Origin: an uncultured Lachnospiraceae bacterium | GTDB lineage: Bacteria; Bacillota; Clostridia; Lachnospirales; Lachnospiraceae | DNA length: 64,000 nt | NCBI GenBank assembly: GCA_944381405.1 | Contig: CALWLA010000007.1 | Location: forward strand, 8,014-72,013 | Reading direction: 5' to 3' | In this document: positions 28,670 through 38,467 of the stretch, piece after piece | Layout: every line of letters starts with the position of its first letter | How positions within the stretch are numbered: the first letter of the stretch is position 1 | Program-made: the position numbers and the translations under genes | Notes under the pieces: generated by a model | The model's database searches: none | Told to the model about the DNA's origin: nothing | The model's input: the letters and a program-made list of their open reading frames with translations, nothing else

Positions 28670-29284
28670 ATGATCAGCTTTGTACACGGAATATTATGCG
28701 ACCTGGAGGAGGGCTCCATCGTTGTGGAGGCGGGGGGCGTGGGATACGGAATCTATGTGCCCGCCACGGTGCTGCAGCAGCTGCCCTCCATCGGAGAAGA
28801 GGTAAAGATCTACACATATTTTTCCGTCCGGGAGGACGGCCAGAGCCTTTACGGCTTCCTGAACAAGGAGGACCGGGAGATGTTCCGGCAGCTGCTTTCC
28901 GTCAACGGAATCGGCCCCAAGGGGGCCCTGGGCATCCTGTCTGTCCTCCGGCCTGACGATCTGCGGATGGCCATCATCACAGGGGACGCCAAGTCCATCA
29001 GCCGGGCGCCGGGAATCGGCGCAAAGACCGCCCAACGGGTGATTCTGGATCTGAAGGACAAGATCGACGCCGGCGCTGTGCTGCGGCATGCCGGGGAGGA
29101 GGGCCCTCTTCCGGAGAGCGGCGGTCCCTTCCCTGCAGGCGGCGGCCCTGCGGAAGAGGCGGTGGAGGCCTTGGCCTCCCTCGGCTACAGCAGGCTGGAG
29201 GCGGGCCGGGCGGTGCGGCGGCTTGCCATTACCGAGGATATGACGGCAGAGCAGATCCTCCGGCTGGCCCTTCGGAACCTGTAA
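28670..29284 (+). CDS. ruvA: Holliday junction branch migration complex subunit RuvA
   Basis: MISFVHGIL start, OB domain, HhH motifs (VNGIGPKGAL, APGIGAKTAQRV) and C-terminal domain III. Confidence 0.93.
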   Translation: MISFVHGILCDLEEGSIVVEAGGVGYGIYVPATVLQQLPSIGEEVKIYTYFSVREDGQSLYGFLNKEDREMFRQLLSVNGIGPKGALGILSVLRPDDLRMAIITGDAKSISRAPGIGAKTAQRVILDLKDKIDAGAVLRHAGEEGPLPESGGPFPAGGGPAEEAVEALASLGYSRLEAGRAVRRLAITEDMTAEQILRLALRNL

Positions 29285-29357
29285 GGGCGGGCCTCCCGCT
29301 CCTATAAACCGGTTGACAAATCCGGGAAACTTTTTATAATACAGTTGTAAATCAAAT

Positions 29358-29520
29358 ATGGCTAGGGGCGCTTATTGCTGAGATGGAAGCGGAAGCTTTC
29401 TGTCCCTCATGACCTGACCAGGATAATGCCTGCGTAGGGAAGCACAGTTACGAAAAACGCCGGAGGAGGACTCCGGGGAGTTTCGTGCATTTTCAGCAGC
29501 CCCTCCTAAAGAACAGGAGG
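29358..29520 (+). promoter_or_regulatory. TPP (THI-box) riboswitch with SD-sequestering expression platform
   Basis: AGGGGCGC...CUGAGA...CCCUCAUGACCUGACCAGGAUAAUGCCUGCGUAGGGAAGC matches the conserved THI-box core. Downstream CCCCUCCU (29500-29507) can pair with the AGGAGG SD (29515-29520) of thiT. Confidence 0.9.
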
Positions 29521-29527
29521 TTTTTTT

Positions 29528-30190
29528 ATGTCTATTTTTGTCAATGCGGAAGGCGGACTTACCACAGCAGGGTATATCGGCTGCATCGTCCTGATCCTTG
29601 CGCTTTTGCTGGCGGTCCTTTTCGTCAGAGGAAACGGCGAAACCCAGAGCAAGCAGATGTCCGCCAAAAAGCTGGCCTATTGCGCCATGTGCATCGCCCT
29701 GGCGGCGGTGACCTGCATGATCAAGGTCTTCGAGTTCCCCTTCGGCGGCTCCGTGACCCTCTGCACCATGCTTTTCGGCATGCTTCCGGCCTGGTTCTAC
29801 GGCCTCAAGACAGGACTGCTGTGCGGCCTGATCTACGGCATCGTCCAGTTCGTGCTGGGACCCTATGTCATGACTCCGGTGCAGGTGCTTTTCGACTATG
29901 TGTTCGCCTTTATGATCATGGGGATCGCAGGCATTTTCTGCAATCAGAAAAACGGCCTGGTAAAGGGCTACATCGCAGCTGTGCTGGGAAGATGGATCAT
30001 GGCCACCATCGCGGGCCTGATCTGGGTATCCCTGGGCTCCACCGCCTGGGAGGGCTGGGCGCCCCTGCCCTATTCCATGGCCTATAACGGCGCCTACATC
30101 GGCGCGGAGGCTGTGCTGACCCTGGTGATCCTTTCCGTTCCGGCGGTCAGAAAGGCCCTTTCCAGGATCAAAAAGCAGGCCATCAGCTGA
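29528..30190 (+). CDS. thiT: ECF transporter S component for thiamine
   Basis: Six-TM protein with ThiT-like segments (MGIAGIF, PYSMAYNGAY), directly behind a TPP riboswitch. Confidence 0.88.
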   Translation: MSIFVNAEGGLTTAGYIGCIVLILALLLAVLFVRGNGETQSKQMSAKKLAYCAMCIALAAVTCMIKVFEFPFGGSVTLCTMLFGMLPAWFYGLKTGLLCGLIYGIVQFVLGPYVMTPVQVLFDYVFAFMIMGIAGIFCNQKNGLVKGYIAAVLGRWIMATIAGLIWVSLGSTAWEGWAPLPYSMAYNGAYIGAEAVLTLVILSVPAVRKALSRIKKQAIS

Positions 30191-30262
30191 TGAAGAAGAT
30201 GCCCATTTGGAGGCTATGCCGCAAAAGGGCGTGACAAAGGGCGAAGCCCTGGAAAAAACTTG

Positions 30263-30303
30263 TCCGGAGCCGGGTGAGATCTGCCCAAAGGCTCCGGATT
30301 TTT
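30263..30303 (+). terminator. rho-independent terminator after thiT
   Basis: TCCGGAGCC(30263-30271)/GGCTCCGGA(30290-30298) followed by TTTTT. Confidence 0.7.
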
Positions 30304-30367
30304 CATTGCTTTTTTTCCGGCTTTGGCGTATGCTTAAGACACACACCTGATGTCCCGAAGGAGGGAC

Positions 30368-30886
30368 ATGAAACAGCTTACCTATCTGAAATATGCAGTC
30401 ATTTCCATTGGCTTTATTCTGGCCGCGATCCTTTTTCTAAACGAAGAACAGACTCCTACAGAGGAGCTTTTGCTGACCTCAGACCCTAGCTGGGAAAAGG
30501 CCTATGAGGAAACGGCAGCCCCTTCCAAGGCAGCGGAGGAGCAGGAAATCTCAAAGGAGGAGCTGCGGGCCATGATCCGGGAGATCCTGGCAGAACCGGA
30601 ATTTTCCGGCGGGGCAGCTGGACCGTCTTTGGCCCCGGCACTCCCGGAAACCGCCGCCCCAGACCAAACTTCGGCTTCGGCGGAGACCTCCTCCGGGCTG
30701 GTGAATCTGAACACCGCAGACAAAGAGGAGCTTATGACCCTTACGGGCATCGGCGAGGCCAGGGCGGAGGCGATCCTTCAGTACCGGGAGGACTACGGCC
30801 CCTTTGCCCACATCGAAGAGATCATGAACATCTCCGGCATCAAAGAAAAGGCTTTTGAAAAAATTAAGGATTATATCACGGTTTAG
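30368..30886 (+). CDS. comEA: ComEA family DNA-binding protein
   Basis: ATG 30368 after GGAGGG. N-terminal TM segment and C-terminal helix-hairpin-helix pair (VNLNTADKEELMTLTGIGEARAEAIL ... ISGIKEKAFEKI). Confidence 0.88.
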   Translation: MKQLTYLKYAVISIGFILAAILFLNEEQTPTEELLLTSDPSWEKAYEETAAPSKAAEEQEISKEELRAMIREILAEPEFSGGAAGPSLAPALPETAAPDQTSASAETSSGLVNLNTADKEELMTLTGIGEARAEAILQYREDYGPFAHIEEIMNISGIKEKAFEKIKDYITV

Positions 30887-30992
30887 GAGGGGGCTTTGCT
30901 TGCCTCGTTCAAGGCTTTTGTGTTATACTCTAATTTACATGAAATACGGGCGGGGCATGGAAAAAGTCCGGCAGCCCGGAGGAGGTCAATTT

Positions 30993-31379
30993 ATGGCAGA
31001 AAATGAGAATGGTTCCCTTCACGTTGTATACGAAAAGGAAAAGCTGGGCAGCGTCAAGATCGCAGACGACGTGATCGCCTGTATCGCAGCCCTGGCTGCA
31101 ACCGAGGTGGAAGGCGTCGACAGCATGGCCGGAAACATCACCAACGAGCTGATTTCCCGGCTGGGAGTAAAGAATCTTTCCAAGGGCGTCAAGCTGGATC
31201 TGAACGGAGATGAGGTCAGCATCGAGCTGTCCCTGAATATGACCTACGGCTACAATATCCCGGAGGTTTCAGAGCAGGTGCAGGAAAGAGTCAAGAACAC
31301 CGTGGAAAACATGACGGGCCTTCATGTAATGGATGTCAGCATCAGCATTGCCGGCGTCAATACCAGTGTAAATCGATAA
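30993..31379 (+). CDS. Asp23/Gls24 family envelope stress protein
   Basis: ATG 30993 after GGAGGAGG. KIADDVIACIAALAATEVEGV is typical of Asp23. Located upstream of nusB as in Bacillus (yqhY). Confidence 0.88.
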   Translation: MAENENGSLHVVYEKEKLGSVKIADDVIACIAALAATEVEGVDSMAGNITNELISRLGVKNLSKGVKLDLNGDEVSIELSLNMTYGYNIPEVSEQVQERVKNTVENMTGLHVMDVSISIAGVNTSVNR

Positions 31380-31397
31380 AAAGGAGCTGCGGGATTC

Positions 31398-31898
31398 ATG
31401 ACCAGACATGAACTGAGAGAACAGGCGTTCCGGATGCTTTTCGGGGTGGAATTCCACACGGAGGACCGGAGGGAGGCCCTGGAAAATTATATGGATGTCA
31501 CCTTTGACGGCAAAATGACTGAGGCTGAACGGCAGGAGGTCATCGAAAAGGTGCTGGACATCGACGGGAAAAAACCGGAGCTGGACGCCCGCATCGACAG
31601 CGTGGCGGAGGGCTGGAAGGTCAGCCGCATGGGAAAGGCGGAGCTCAACATCCTGCGTCTGGCTCTCTACGAAATGCAGTATGACGACAGCGTACCGGTA
31701 AAGGTAGCCATCAACGAGGCGGTGGAGCTGGCCAAGGAATACGGAAGCGGCGACGCCCACGCCTTTGTAAACGGCATTCTGGCAAAACTCATCGACAGGG
31801 ACCTTCCCGAAGCGGAGGGGGAAAAGGCAGCCGCCCCGGAAGCGGCAGCGCCCCGGCAGGAGGAAGCGCCAAAGGACGATGAAGCAGGTTCCTTGTAA
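31398..31898 (+). CDS. nusB: transcription antitermination factor NusB
   Basis: [14 protein letters not shown] start and [10 protein letters not shown] / FVNGILAK motifs. Extra acidic C-terminal tail. Confidence 0.92.
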   Translation: MTRHELREQAFRMLFGVEFHTEDRREALENYMDVTFDGKMTEAERQEVIEKVLDIDGKKPELDARIDSVAEGWKVSRMGKAELNILRLALYEMQYDDSVPVKVAINEAVELAKEYGSGDAHAFVNGILAKLIDRDLPEAEGEKAAAPEAAAPRQEEAPKDDEAGSL

Positions 31899-31916
31899 AT
31901 TGAAGAGAGCAGAAAC

Positions 31917-33194
31917 ATGACCGGCGTATATACAGTTTCACAGATCAATGCTTATATCAAAAACCTGTTTGTCCACGACTTCGCCCTGTCCAATATCTGT
32001 ATCGAGGGGGAGGTCAGCAACTGTAAATATCACAGCTCCGGTCATATTTATTTTACGCTGAAGGACCAGGGAGCCGCCATGGCCTGCGTCATGTTTGCCA
32101 GGGAACGGCAGGGCCTTTCCTTCCGGCTGCAGGACGGACAGCAGATCGAAGCCAGGGGACAGATCTCCGTTTACGAAAAAACGGGCACCTACCAGCTTTA
32201 TGTGCGGGAGTTGCGGCTTTCCGGCAGAGGCGCTTTATACGAGCAGTTCGAGCGGCTTAAGGCGGAGCTGGAAGAAATGGGCATGTTCGCCGACTGCTAC
32301 AAAAAGCCGATTCCGCCCTATGCCATGCGCATCGGCATTGTGACGGCTCCCACAGGGGCGGCCATTCAGGATATCTGCAACATTTCCAGAAGGCGGAATC
32401 CCTATGTGGAGCTGATCCTTTATCCGGCGCTGGTACAGGGAAGGGAAGCCAAGGACAGCATCGTCCGGGGAATCCGGAGGCTGGATGAGATGGGGCTTGA
32501 CGTCATCATCGTAGGCCGGGGCGGAGGCTCCATAGAGGATCTCTGGGCCTTCAACGAGGAATGCGTGGCCCGGGCGATCTTCGATGCGGAGACGCCCATC
32601 ATTTCCGCAGTGGGCCATGAGACGGACTACACCATCGCGGACTTTGTGGCGGACCTGCGGGCGCCGACCCCCTCTGCGGCGGCAGAGCTCGCAAATTTTG
32701 AATACCATCAGCTGATGGAAGAGCTGGCTAGCCGGAGGAGCGCTCTGGAGGCGGCGGTCCTGCGAAAGGCGGAAGCGCTGCGGGCCAGGCTTTCCAGGGA
32801 ACGGCTTGCTCTGCAGCTCCAAAGCCCGGAAAGGCGGCTTGCGGAACAGAAGCAGCGGCTTTCCGAAAAGGAAAGGCAGCTCAGAGAGCTTCTGCAGGCA
32901 GCGATCCAGGTCCGCAGGCAGGCGCTTTGGCAGGACAGGCAGATGCTGGATCAGCGGATGCAGCAGCGGCTTTTAGAAACAAGACACCGGTTGGAGCTTC
33001 TGGCAGGAGGGTTGGAGGGCCGTTCTCCCCTGAAACGGCTTGGGGGTGGCTATGCCTATCTGGAGGATGGAGAGGGACAGGCAGTCCGCTCCATCGGACA
33101 GCTGAAGCCCCAGGACCGTTTTACCGCCCATCTGCCGGACGGGGCAGTGGAAGCGCTGGTAGTGAAGACGGTGCCCGGGAAGCCGGAAGCATAA
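31917..33194 (+). CDS. xseA: exodeoxyribonuclease VII large subunit
   Basis: OB fold (YTVSQINAYIKNLF...GHIYFTLKD), catalytic core (VGRGGGSIEDLWAFN) and C-terminal coiled coil. Confidence 0.93.
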   Translation: MTGVYTVSQINAYIKNLFVHDFALSNICIEGEVSNCKYHSSGHIYFTLKDQGAAMACVMFARERQGLSFRLQDGQQIEARGQISVYEKTGTYQLYVRELRLSGRGALYEQFERLKAELEEMGMFADCYKKPIPPYAMRIGIVTAPTGAAIQDICNISRRRNPYVELILYPALVQGREAKDSIVRGIRRLDEMGLDVIIVGRGGGSIEDLWAFNEECVARAIFDAETPIISAVGHETDYTIADFVADLRAPTPSAAAELANFEYHQLMEELASRRSALEAAVLRKAEALRARLSRERLALQLQSPERRLAEQKQRLSEKERQLRELLQAAIQVRRQALWQDRQMLDQRMQQRLLETRHRLELLAGGLEGRSPLKRLGGGYAYLEDGEGQAVRSIGQLKPQDRFTAHLPDGAVEALVVKTVPGKPEA

Positions 33195-33214
33195 GGAAGA
33201 AGGCGTTAAGCATC

Positions 33215-33439
33215 ATGGAAGAAAAGAAAACCTTGAGTATAGAAGAAAGCCTGGACCGGATCCAGGAGATCCTGCAGGAGCTGGAGGAGGGAGGCTGCTC
33301 TCTGGAGCGCTCCTTCCAGCTTTATGAGCAGGGGGTCCGGCTGATCGCCTCTGCCGAGGGGCAGATCGGTCAGGTGGAAAAAAAGCTGCGCATCCTGAAA
33401 GGAGACGAGGCGGCTTCAGAAGGGGAACAGGAGGAGTGA
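33215..33439 (+). CDS. xseB: exodeoxyribonuclease VII small subunit
   Basis: 74 aa. LSIEESLDRIQEILQELEEGGCSLERSFQLYEQG is the XseB signature helix. ATG 33215 lies inside the longer listed ORF 32927..33439. Confidence 0.9.
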   Translation: MEEKKTLSIEESLDRIQEILQELEEGGCSLERSFQLYEQGVRLIASAEGQIGQVEKKLRILKGDEAASEGEQEE

Positions 33440-33445
33440 CAGATC

Positions 33446-34432
33446 ATGGCGGAATTCAAAGCAGAACTGCAGACAGGCATTGAACGGGTGGACCGGGAGA
33501 TCCAGCGGTTCCTTCCGGAAGAGAGCGGCAGGCAGAGACTGATCCTGGAGGCCTGCAATTACTCTGTCAGAAACGGGGGAAAGCGGATCCGGCCGCTGCT
33601 GATGGAATCGGCCTATTTTCTTTGCAGGCTCAGAGAGCGGGGGGCACAGGGAGGGGCCGAAAGCGGAACCGGGTCCTGCTCCCGGGAGCCGGAAGCCCTG
33701 TACCAGGCGTTTCATGAGGAATATGAAGGGATCCTGGCGCCTTTTCTGGCGGCCATCGAAATGATCCATTCCTCTTCCCTGGTGCATGACGATCTGCCCT
33801 GTATGGACAACGACAGGCTGCGGCGGGGAAAGCCCTCCACCTGGGCAAAATACGGCGAGGACATGGGTACCCTGGCGGGAGACGGCCTGATGATCTATGC
33901 CTTTGAGACAGCCTGCAAGGCAAAGTCCTCCGGACAGGCAGAAGGCCAGGCGGAAAGGGTGCTTAAGGCGATCCGCATCCTGGCCCAAAAGACCGGCATT
34001 TTCGGCATGATCGGCGGCCAGACCGTGGATGTGGCCCTGACAGGAAAACCCATCACGCCGGAGGAACTGGAATTCATCTACCGGCTGAAAACAGGGGCGC
34101 TTTTAGAGGCGTCCATGATGATCGGCGGCGTGCTGGCAGGGGCAGGGACGGATACCGTCCGCAGCCTGGAGCTGGCAGCCTCGGAGCTCGGCATGGCCTT
34201 CCAGATCCAGGACGATATCCTGGACGAGACCGGCAGCGAAGAGGACCTGGGCAAGCCGGTGGGCTCGGATGAACGGAACTGCAAGACCACCTATGTGAAG
34301 CTCTACGGCTTGACCGCTGCGGAGGAAGCCGTCAGGAGCTGCACGGAACGGGCGGAGAAGGAGCTTCTCGCCATCGGGGAGTATCCCTTCCTGATGGAGC
34401 TGTGCGGTTATCTGATCCAGAGAAAGCACTAA
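33446..34432 (+). CDS. ispA: polyprenyl (farnesyl/geranylgeranyl) diphosphate synthase
   Basis: First and second Asp-rich motifs LVHDDLPCMDND and FQIQDDILD. Carries a ~30-aa insertion near the N-terminal third (RLRERGAQGGAESGTGSCSREPEA). Confidence 0.9.
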   Translation: MAEFKAELQTGIERVDREIQRFLPEESGRQRLILEACNYSVRNGGKRIRPLLMESAYFLCRLRERGAQGGAESGTGSCSREPEALYQAFHEEYEGILAPFLAAIEMIHSSSLVHDDLPCMDNDRLRRGKPSTWAKYGEDMGTLAGDGLMIYAFETACKAKSSGQAEGQAERVLKAIRILAQKTGIFGMIGGQTVDVALTGKPITPEELEFIYRLKTGALLEASMMIGGVLAGAGTDTVRSLELAASELGMAFQIQDDILDETGSEEDLGKPVGSDERNCKTTYVKLYGLTAAEEAVRSCTERAEKELLAIGEYPFLMELCGYLIQRKH

Positions 34433-34460
34433 GAGGATGTATAGTTAAGAGGAAGCGGTT

Positions 34461-36323
34461 ATGCTGCTGGAACATATCAACGGTCCGGAGGATCTGAAAA
34501 AACTGACCTTCCGGCAGACGGAGATCCTGGCACAGGAGATCCGGGAGTTTATCATCGAGAAAATCAGCCATACGGGAGGCCATCTGGCCTCCAATCTTGG
34601 CGTTGTGGAGCTGACCATCGCCCTGTTCCGGGCGCTGGATATGCCAAAGGACAAGATCGTCTGGGATGTGGGACATCAGGCCTATACCCATAAGATCCTG
34701 TCCGGCAGGAAGGACGATTTTGACGGCCTCCGGCAGCTGGGCGGGATCAGCGGCTTCCCGAAACGGGAGGAGAGCCCCTTTGACAGCTTCGATACAGGAC
34801 ATTCCTCCACCTCCATTTCCGCAGGCCTTGGCATCGCTCAGGGCAGGGATCTTCTGGGGGAGGATTATACGGTGGTGTCCGTCATCGGAGACGGCGCCCT
34901 GACGGGAGGCATGGCCTACGAGGCCCTGAACAACGCGGCTCATCTGGGCAAAAATTTCATCATCATCCTGAACGACAACAAAATGTCCATTTCGGAAAAC
35001 GTTGGGGGCGTTTCCAATTATCTCAACGGCCTTCGGACGGCGGCGGGCTACAACCGCTTCAAAAAGCAGCTGGAGCAAAGGCTGCGGTCCATCCCCTGTA
35101 TCGGAAACCGGGTAGCCAACCGGCTGAAGCGTACCAAGGACAGCATCAAGGGCATGGTGATTCCGGGAATGCTCTTCGAGGACATGGGCATCACCTATCT
35201 GGGGCCGGTGAACGGTCACGACGTGAGAGCCCTGGAGCGGGCCATCCGGGACGCCAAAAAGCTGGATCACGCGGTGCTGCTGCATGTGCTGACCAAAAAA
35301 GGCAAGGGCTATAAGCCTGCAGAGGAAGCGCCGGAGCGGTTCCACGGGGTAGAGCCCTTTGACAAACGGACGGGACACAGCCTTTCCGAAAGCTCCCTGC
35401 CGAAATACACCAAGGTATTTTCCGACAAGCTCTGCGAAATGGCTAAGGAGGACAAGCGGATCGTAGCGGTGACGGCGGCCATGCCGGACGGGACCGGACT
35501 TTCCCAGTTCAAAAAGCTGTATCCGGAACGGTTCTTCGATGTGGGGATCGCCGAGGCCCACGCAGTGACCAGCGCCGCCGGTATGGCGGCGGCAGGCATG
35601 CGGCCGGTGGTGGCGGTGTATTCCTCCTTTTTGCAGAGAGGCTTTGACCAGATCGTCCACGACGTGTGCCTGCAGAATCTGCCGGTGGTGTTTGCCGTGG
35701 ACCGGGCGGGCCTGGTGGGCTCCGACGGAGAGACCCATCAGGGCATCTTCGACCTGTCCTACCTGTCCCTGATCCCCAACATGACGGTGATGGCGCCGAA
35801 AAACCTCTGGGAGCTCAGAAGCATGCTGGAGTTCGCCCTGCAGCAAAAGGGGCCTGTGGCCATCCGGTACCCCAGAGGCACCGCCTATACCGGGCTGAAA
35901 AAATACGCCGCGCCCATGGAATACGGCAAGGGAGAGCTGATCTATCAGGGTCAGGACATCGCTCTCCTGGCTCTGGGCTCCATGGTCAGCACCGCGGAGC
36001 ATATCTGCGACAAGCTGTCGGCAGAGGGGTACCGGCTGACCCTGGCCAACGCCCGTTTTGCAAAGCCGGTGGATCTGGGGCTTCTGGAAAAGCTCTGTCT
36101 GAGCCATAAGACCATTGTGACCCTGGAGGAAAACGTGGACCGGGGCGGCTTTGGCCAGGTGGTGACAGGCTACGTCCACACCCATTTTCCAAAGGTACGG
36201 GTGTTGAACATCACCCTGCCGGACGCTTATGTGGAGCACGGGGACGTCAGCGCCCTGCGGAAGCTTCTGCGCATCGATTCGGATTCCGTGATCCAGCGGT
36301 TCCGGGAGGAGGAGATCCTATGA
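34461..36323 (+). CDS. dxs: 1-deoxy-D-xylulose-5-phosphate synthase
   Basis: 620 aa. GGHLASNLGVVELT, GDGALTGGMAYEALN (TPP binding) and transketolase-like C-terminal domains. Confidence 0.95.
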   Translation: MLLEHINGPEDLKKLTFRQTEILAQEIREFIIEKISHTGGHLASNLGVVELTIALFRALDMPKDKIVWDVGHQAYTHKILSGRKDDFDGLRQLGGISGFPKREESPFDSFDTGHSSTSISAGLGIAQGRDLLGEDYTVVSVIGDGALTGGMAYEALNNAAHLGKNFIIILNDNKMSISENVGGVSNYLNGLRTAAGYNRFKKQLEQRLRSIPCIGNRVANRLKRTKDSIKGMVIPGMLFEDMGITYLGPVNGHDVRALERAIRDAKKLDHAVLLHVLTKKGKGYKPAEEAPERFHGVEPFDKRTGHSLSESSLPKYTKVFSDKLCEMAKEDKRIVAVTAAMPDGTGLSQFKKLYPERFFDVGIAEAHAVTSAAGMAAAGMRPVVAVYSSFLQRGFDQIVHDVCLQNLPVVFAVDRAGLVGSDGETHQGIFDLSYLSLIPNMTVMAPKNLWELRSMLEFALQQKGPVAIRYPRGTAYTGLKKYAAPMEYGKGELIYQGQDIALLALGSMVSTAEHICDKLSAEGYRLTLANARFAKPVDLGLLEKLCLSHKTIVTLEENVDRGGFGQVVTGYVHTHFPKVRVLNITLPDAYVEHGDVSALRKLLRIDSDSVIQRFREEEIL

Positions 36324-37141
36324 AAGAAGGCGGAAAAAAGAAACGGCTGGACGTCCTCCTTTACGAGAGAGGCTTTGTTCAGAGCCGGGAAAAGGCAAAA
36401 ACCGTGATCATGAGCGGCATCGTCTATGTCAACGGCCAGAAGGAGGACAAGGCGGGCACCACCTTTCCGGATACGGAGGCCCTTGCCATCGAGGTGCGGG
36501 GCAACGCCCTGCCCTATGTATCCAGAGGCGGCCTGAAGCTGGAAAAGGCGGTAAAGCTCTGGGAGCTGGACTTTTCCGGATTTGTATGCATGGACATCGG
36601 TGCTTCCACCGGCGGCTTTACCGACTGCATGCTGCAAAACGGCGCGGCAAAGGTCTTTGCCGTGGACGTGGGACACGGACAGCTGGACTGGAAGCTGCGG
36701 GAGGATCCCCGGGTGGTCTGCATGGAAAAAACGAATATCCGCTATGTGCAGCCGGAGGATATCGGCGGGCAGCAGCTGGATTTCGCCTCGGTGGACGTTT
36801 CCTTCATCTCCCTGGACAAGGTGCTGCCGGCGGCAAGACCCCTTTTGCGGGAGGGAGGCCGTATGGTCTGCCTCATCAAGCCCCAGTTCGAGGCAGGCAG
36901 GGAAGAAGTTGGAAAAAAGGGCGTGGTGCGGGACCGGAAGGTGCATCTTGCGGTGGTGGAGCGAATCATGGAGCTTTGCCGCAGCCTGGATTTTTCCATC
37001 CTGGGCCTTACCTACAGCCCCATCCGGGGTCCGGAGGGCAACATCGAGTATCTGATCTATATTGAAAAGGGCGGAGAACAGGGGGACATCCCCAGGGCCG
37101 AGGCGGTGGTGGCCGAAGCCCACGAAGCCCTGGACCGCTGA
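36320..37141 (+). CDS. tlyA: TlyA family rRNA (cytidine-2'-O)-methyltransferase
   Basis: S4-like N-terminus (RLDVLLYERGFVQSREKAKTVIMSG), FtsJ fold with DIGASTGGFTD. ATGA overlap with dxs. Confidence 0.9.
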   Translation: MKEGGKKKRLDVLLYERGFVQSREKAKTVIMSGIVYVNGQKEDKAGTTFPDTEALAIEVRGNALPYVSRGGLKLEKAVKLWELDFSGFVCMDIGASTGGFTDCMLQNGAAKVFAVDVGHGQLDWKLREDPRVVCMEKTNIRYVQPEDIGGQQLDFASVDVSFISLDKVLPAARPLLREGGRMVCLIKPQFEAGREEVGKKGVVRDRKVHLAVVERIMELCRSLDFSILGLTYSPIRGPEGNIEYLIYIEKGGEQGDIPRAEAVVAEAHEALDR

Positions 37142-37159
37142 TAGGGACGGAGAGCATTT

Positions 37160-37987
37160 ATGAAGCATTTTTTCATCATCATAAACATGGAAAAACGCCT
37201 GGCAGAAAAAACGGGACGGACCATCGAGCAGTTCCTGGAGACCTGCGGCGGAGAGGTTTCCTACGAGACCTGGAAGGGACCCAGACAGAAGAAGTATGAT
37301 CTTCCGGAGGGAACGGACTGTATCATTACGGTTGGGGGCGACGGCACCCTGATCCAGACTGCCCGGGCCACCATCGGCTCCGGGGTCCCCATCATCGGAA
37401 TCAACCGGGGGCACCTGGGATATCTGACCCAGTTGACCCGGGAAAAGGATATCGTGCCTGCGTTGAAGCGGCTTTTAGAGGAACAGTATACCATCGAGGA
37501 ACGGATGATGCTCCGGGCCCGGGTATACCGGAAGGGCAAGTGCATTTACAAGGATGTGGCGCTGAACGAGGTGCTGCTGACCCGGTACGACAGCCTCAGG
37601 ACCATTCATTTCAAGGTGTATGTCAACGAGATCTGTCTGAACGAATACAGCTCTGACGGTCTCATCGTGGCGACCCCCACCGGCTCCACGGCCTATTCCC
37701 TTTCGGCGGGAGGCCCCATTGCGGAGCCGGAGGCCAAGCTGATGATCATGACACCCATCTGTTCCCATACCATCAATTCCCGTTCCATCATCTTTTCGCC
37801 CAACGACACGGTGCGGCTTGTGCCGGAGAGCGAAAACCAGATCGTGGCCTGCGACGGAGACCTTCCGGTGGAGCTGCAGAAGGGGGATGAGGTAGAAGTG
37901 GTGCGTTCCAGGCATTCGGCGCGGCTGGTGCGGCTGAAGGAGGAATCCTTCCTGGAGACCCTGCGGGACAAAATGACCTTCGTATAA
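37160..37987 (+). CDS. nadK: NAD kinase
   Basis: GGDGT motif (VGGDGTLI), NRGHLGYL, ATPTGSTAYSLSAGGP. Confidence 0.93.
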   Translation: MKHFFIIINMEKRLAEKTGRTIEQFLETCGGEVSYETWKGPRQKKYDLPEGTDCIITVGGDGTLIQTARATIGSGVPIIGINRGHLGYLTQLTREKDIVPALKRLLEEQYTIEERMMLRARVYRKGKCIYKDVALNEVLLTRYDSLRTIHFKVYVNEICLNEYSSDGLIVATPTGSTAYSLSAGGPIAEPEAKLMIMTPICSHTINSRSIIFSPNDTVRLVPESENQIVACDGDLPVELQKGDEVEVVRSRHSARLVRLKEESFLETLRDKMTFV

Positions 37988-38008
37988 CGATATGGCGGAA
38001 AAGAGGAC

Positions 38009-38464
38009 ATGCCAATGAAAGTAGGCAGACAGGCAAAAATCATAGAGCTGATCGGAAGATATGACGTGGAGACCCAGGAGGAGCTCTGCGATCTTCTGAA
38101 TCAGGAGGGATATGACGTGACCCAGGCCACCGTATCCAGGGATATCCGGGAGCTCAGGCTGACAAAGGTAAATCACAACGGAAAGCAGAGCTACAAGGCC
38201 CTGCCGGGAAATGTGGACCTTTCCAGAAAATATCTGAACATCCTGAAGGACGGCTATGTTTCCATGGACATGGCCCAGAACCTGCTGGTGGTAAAGACCG
38301 TGTCAGGCATGGCCATGGCTGTGGCGGCGGCCATCGATTCCCTGCAGTTCCGGGAGATCGTGGGCTGCATCGCCGGAGACGATACCATCATGCTGGCCAT
38401 CCGCAGCGTGGATGACTGCCTTGAGGTGATGAAACAGCTGAGAGGGATCCTGGAGGAAAAATAA
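38009..38464 (+). CDS. argR: arginine repressor
   Basis: Winged-helix N-terminus (RQAKIIELIGRYDVETQEEL...TQATVSRDIREL) and C-terminal GCIAGDDTI arginine-binding motif. Confidence 0.92.
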   Translation: MPMKVGRQAKIIELIGRYDVETQEELCDLLNQEGYDVTQATVSRDIRELRLTKVNHNGKQSYKALPGNVDLSRKYLNILKDGYVSMDMAQNLLVVKTVSGMAMAVAAAIDSLQFREIVGCIAGDDTIMLAIRSVDDCLEVMKQLRGILEEK

Positions 38465-38467
38465 TCC

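Noticed and set aside
34332-36239. 635-aa minus-strand ORF
   Set aside because: Antisense to dxs, which carries unmistakable TPP-enzyme motifs. Same low-complexity shadow-ORF character.
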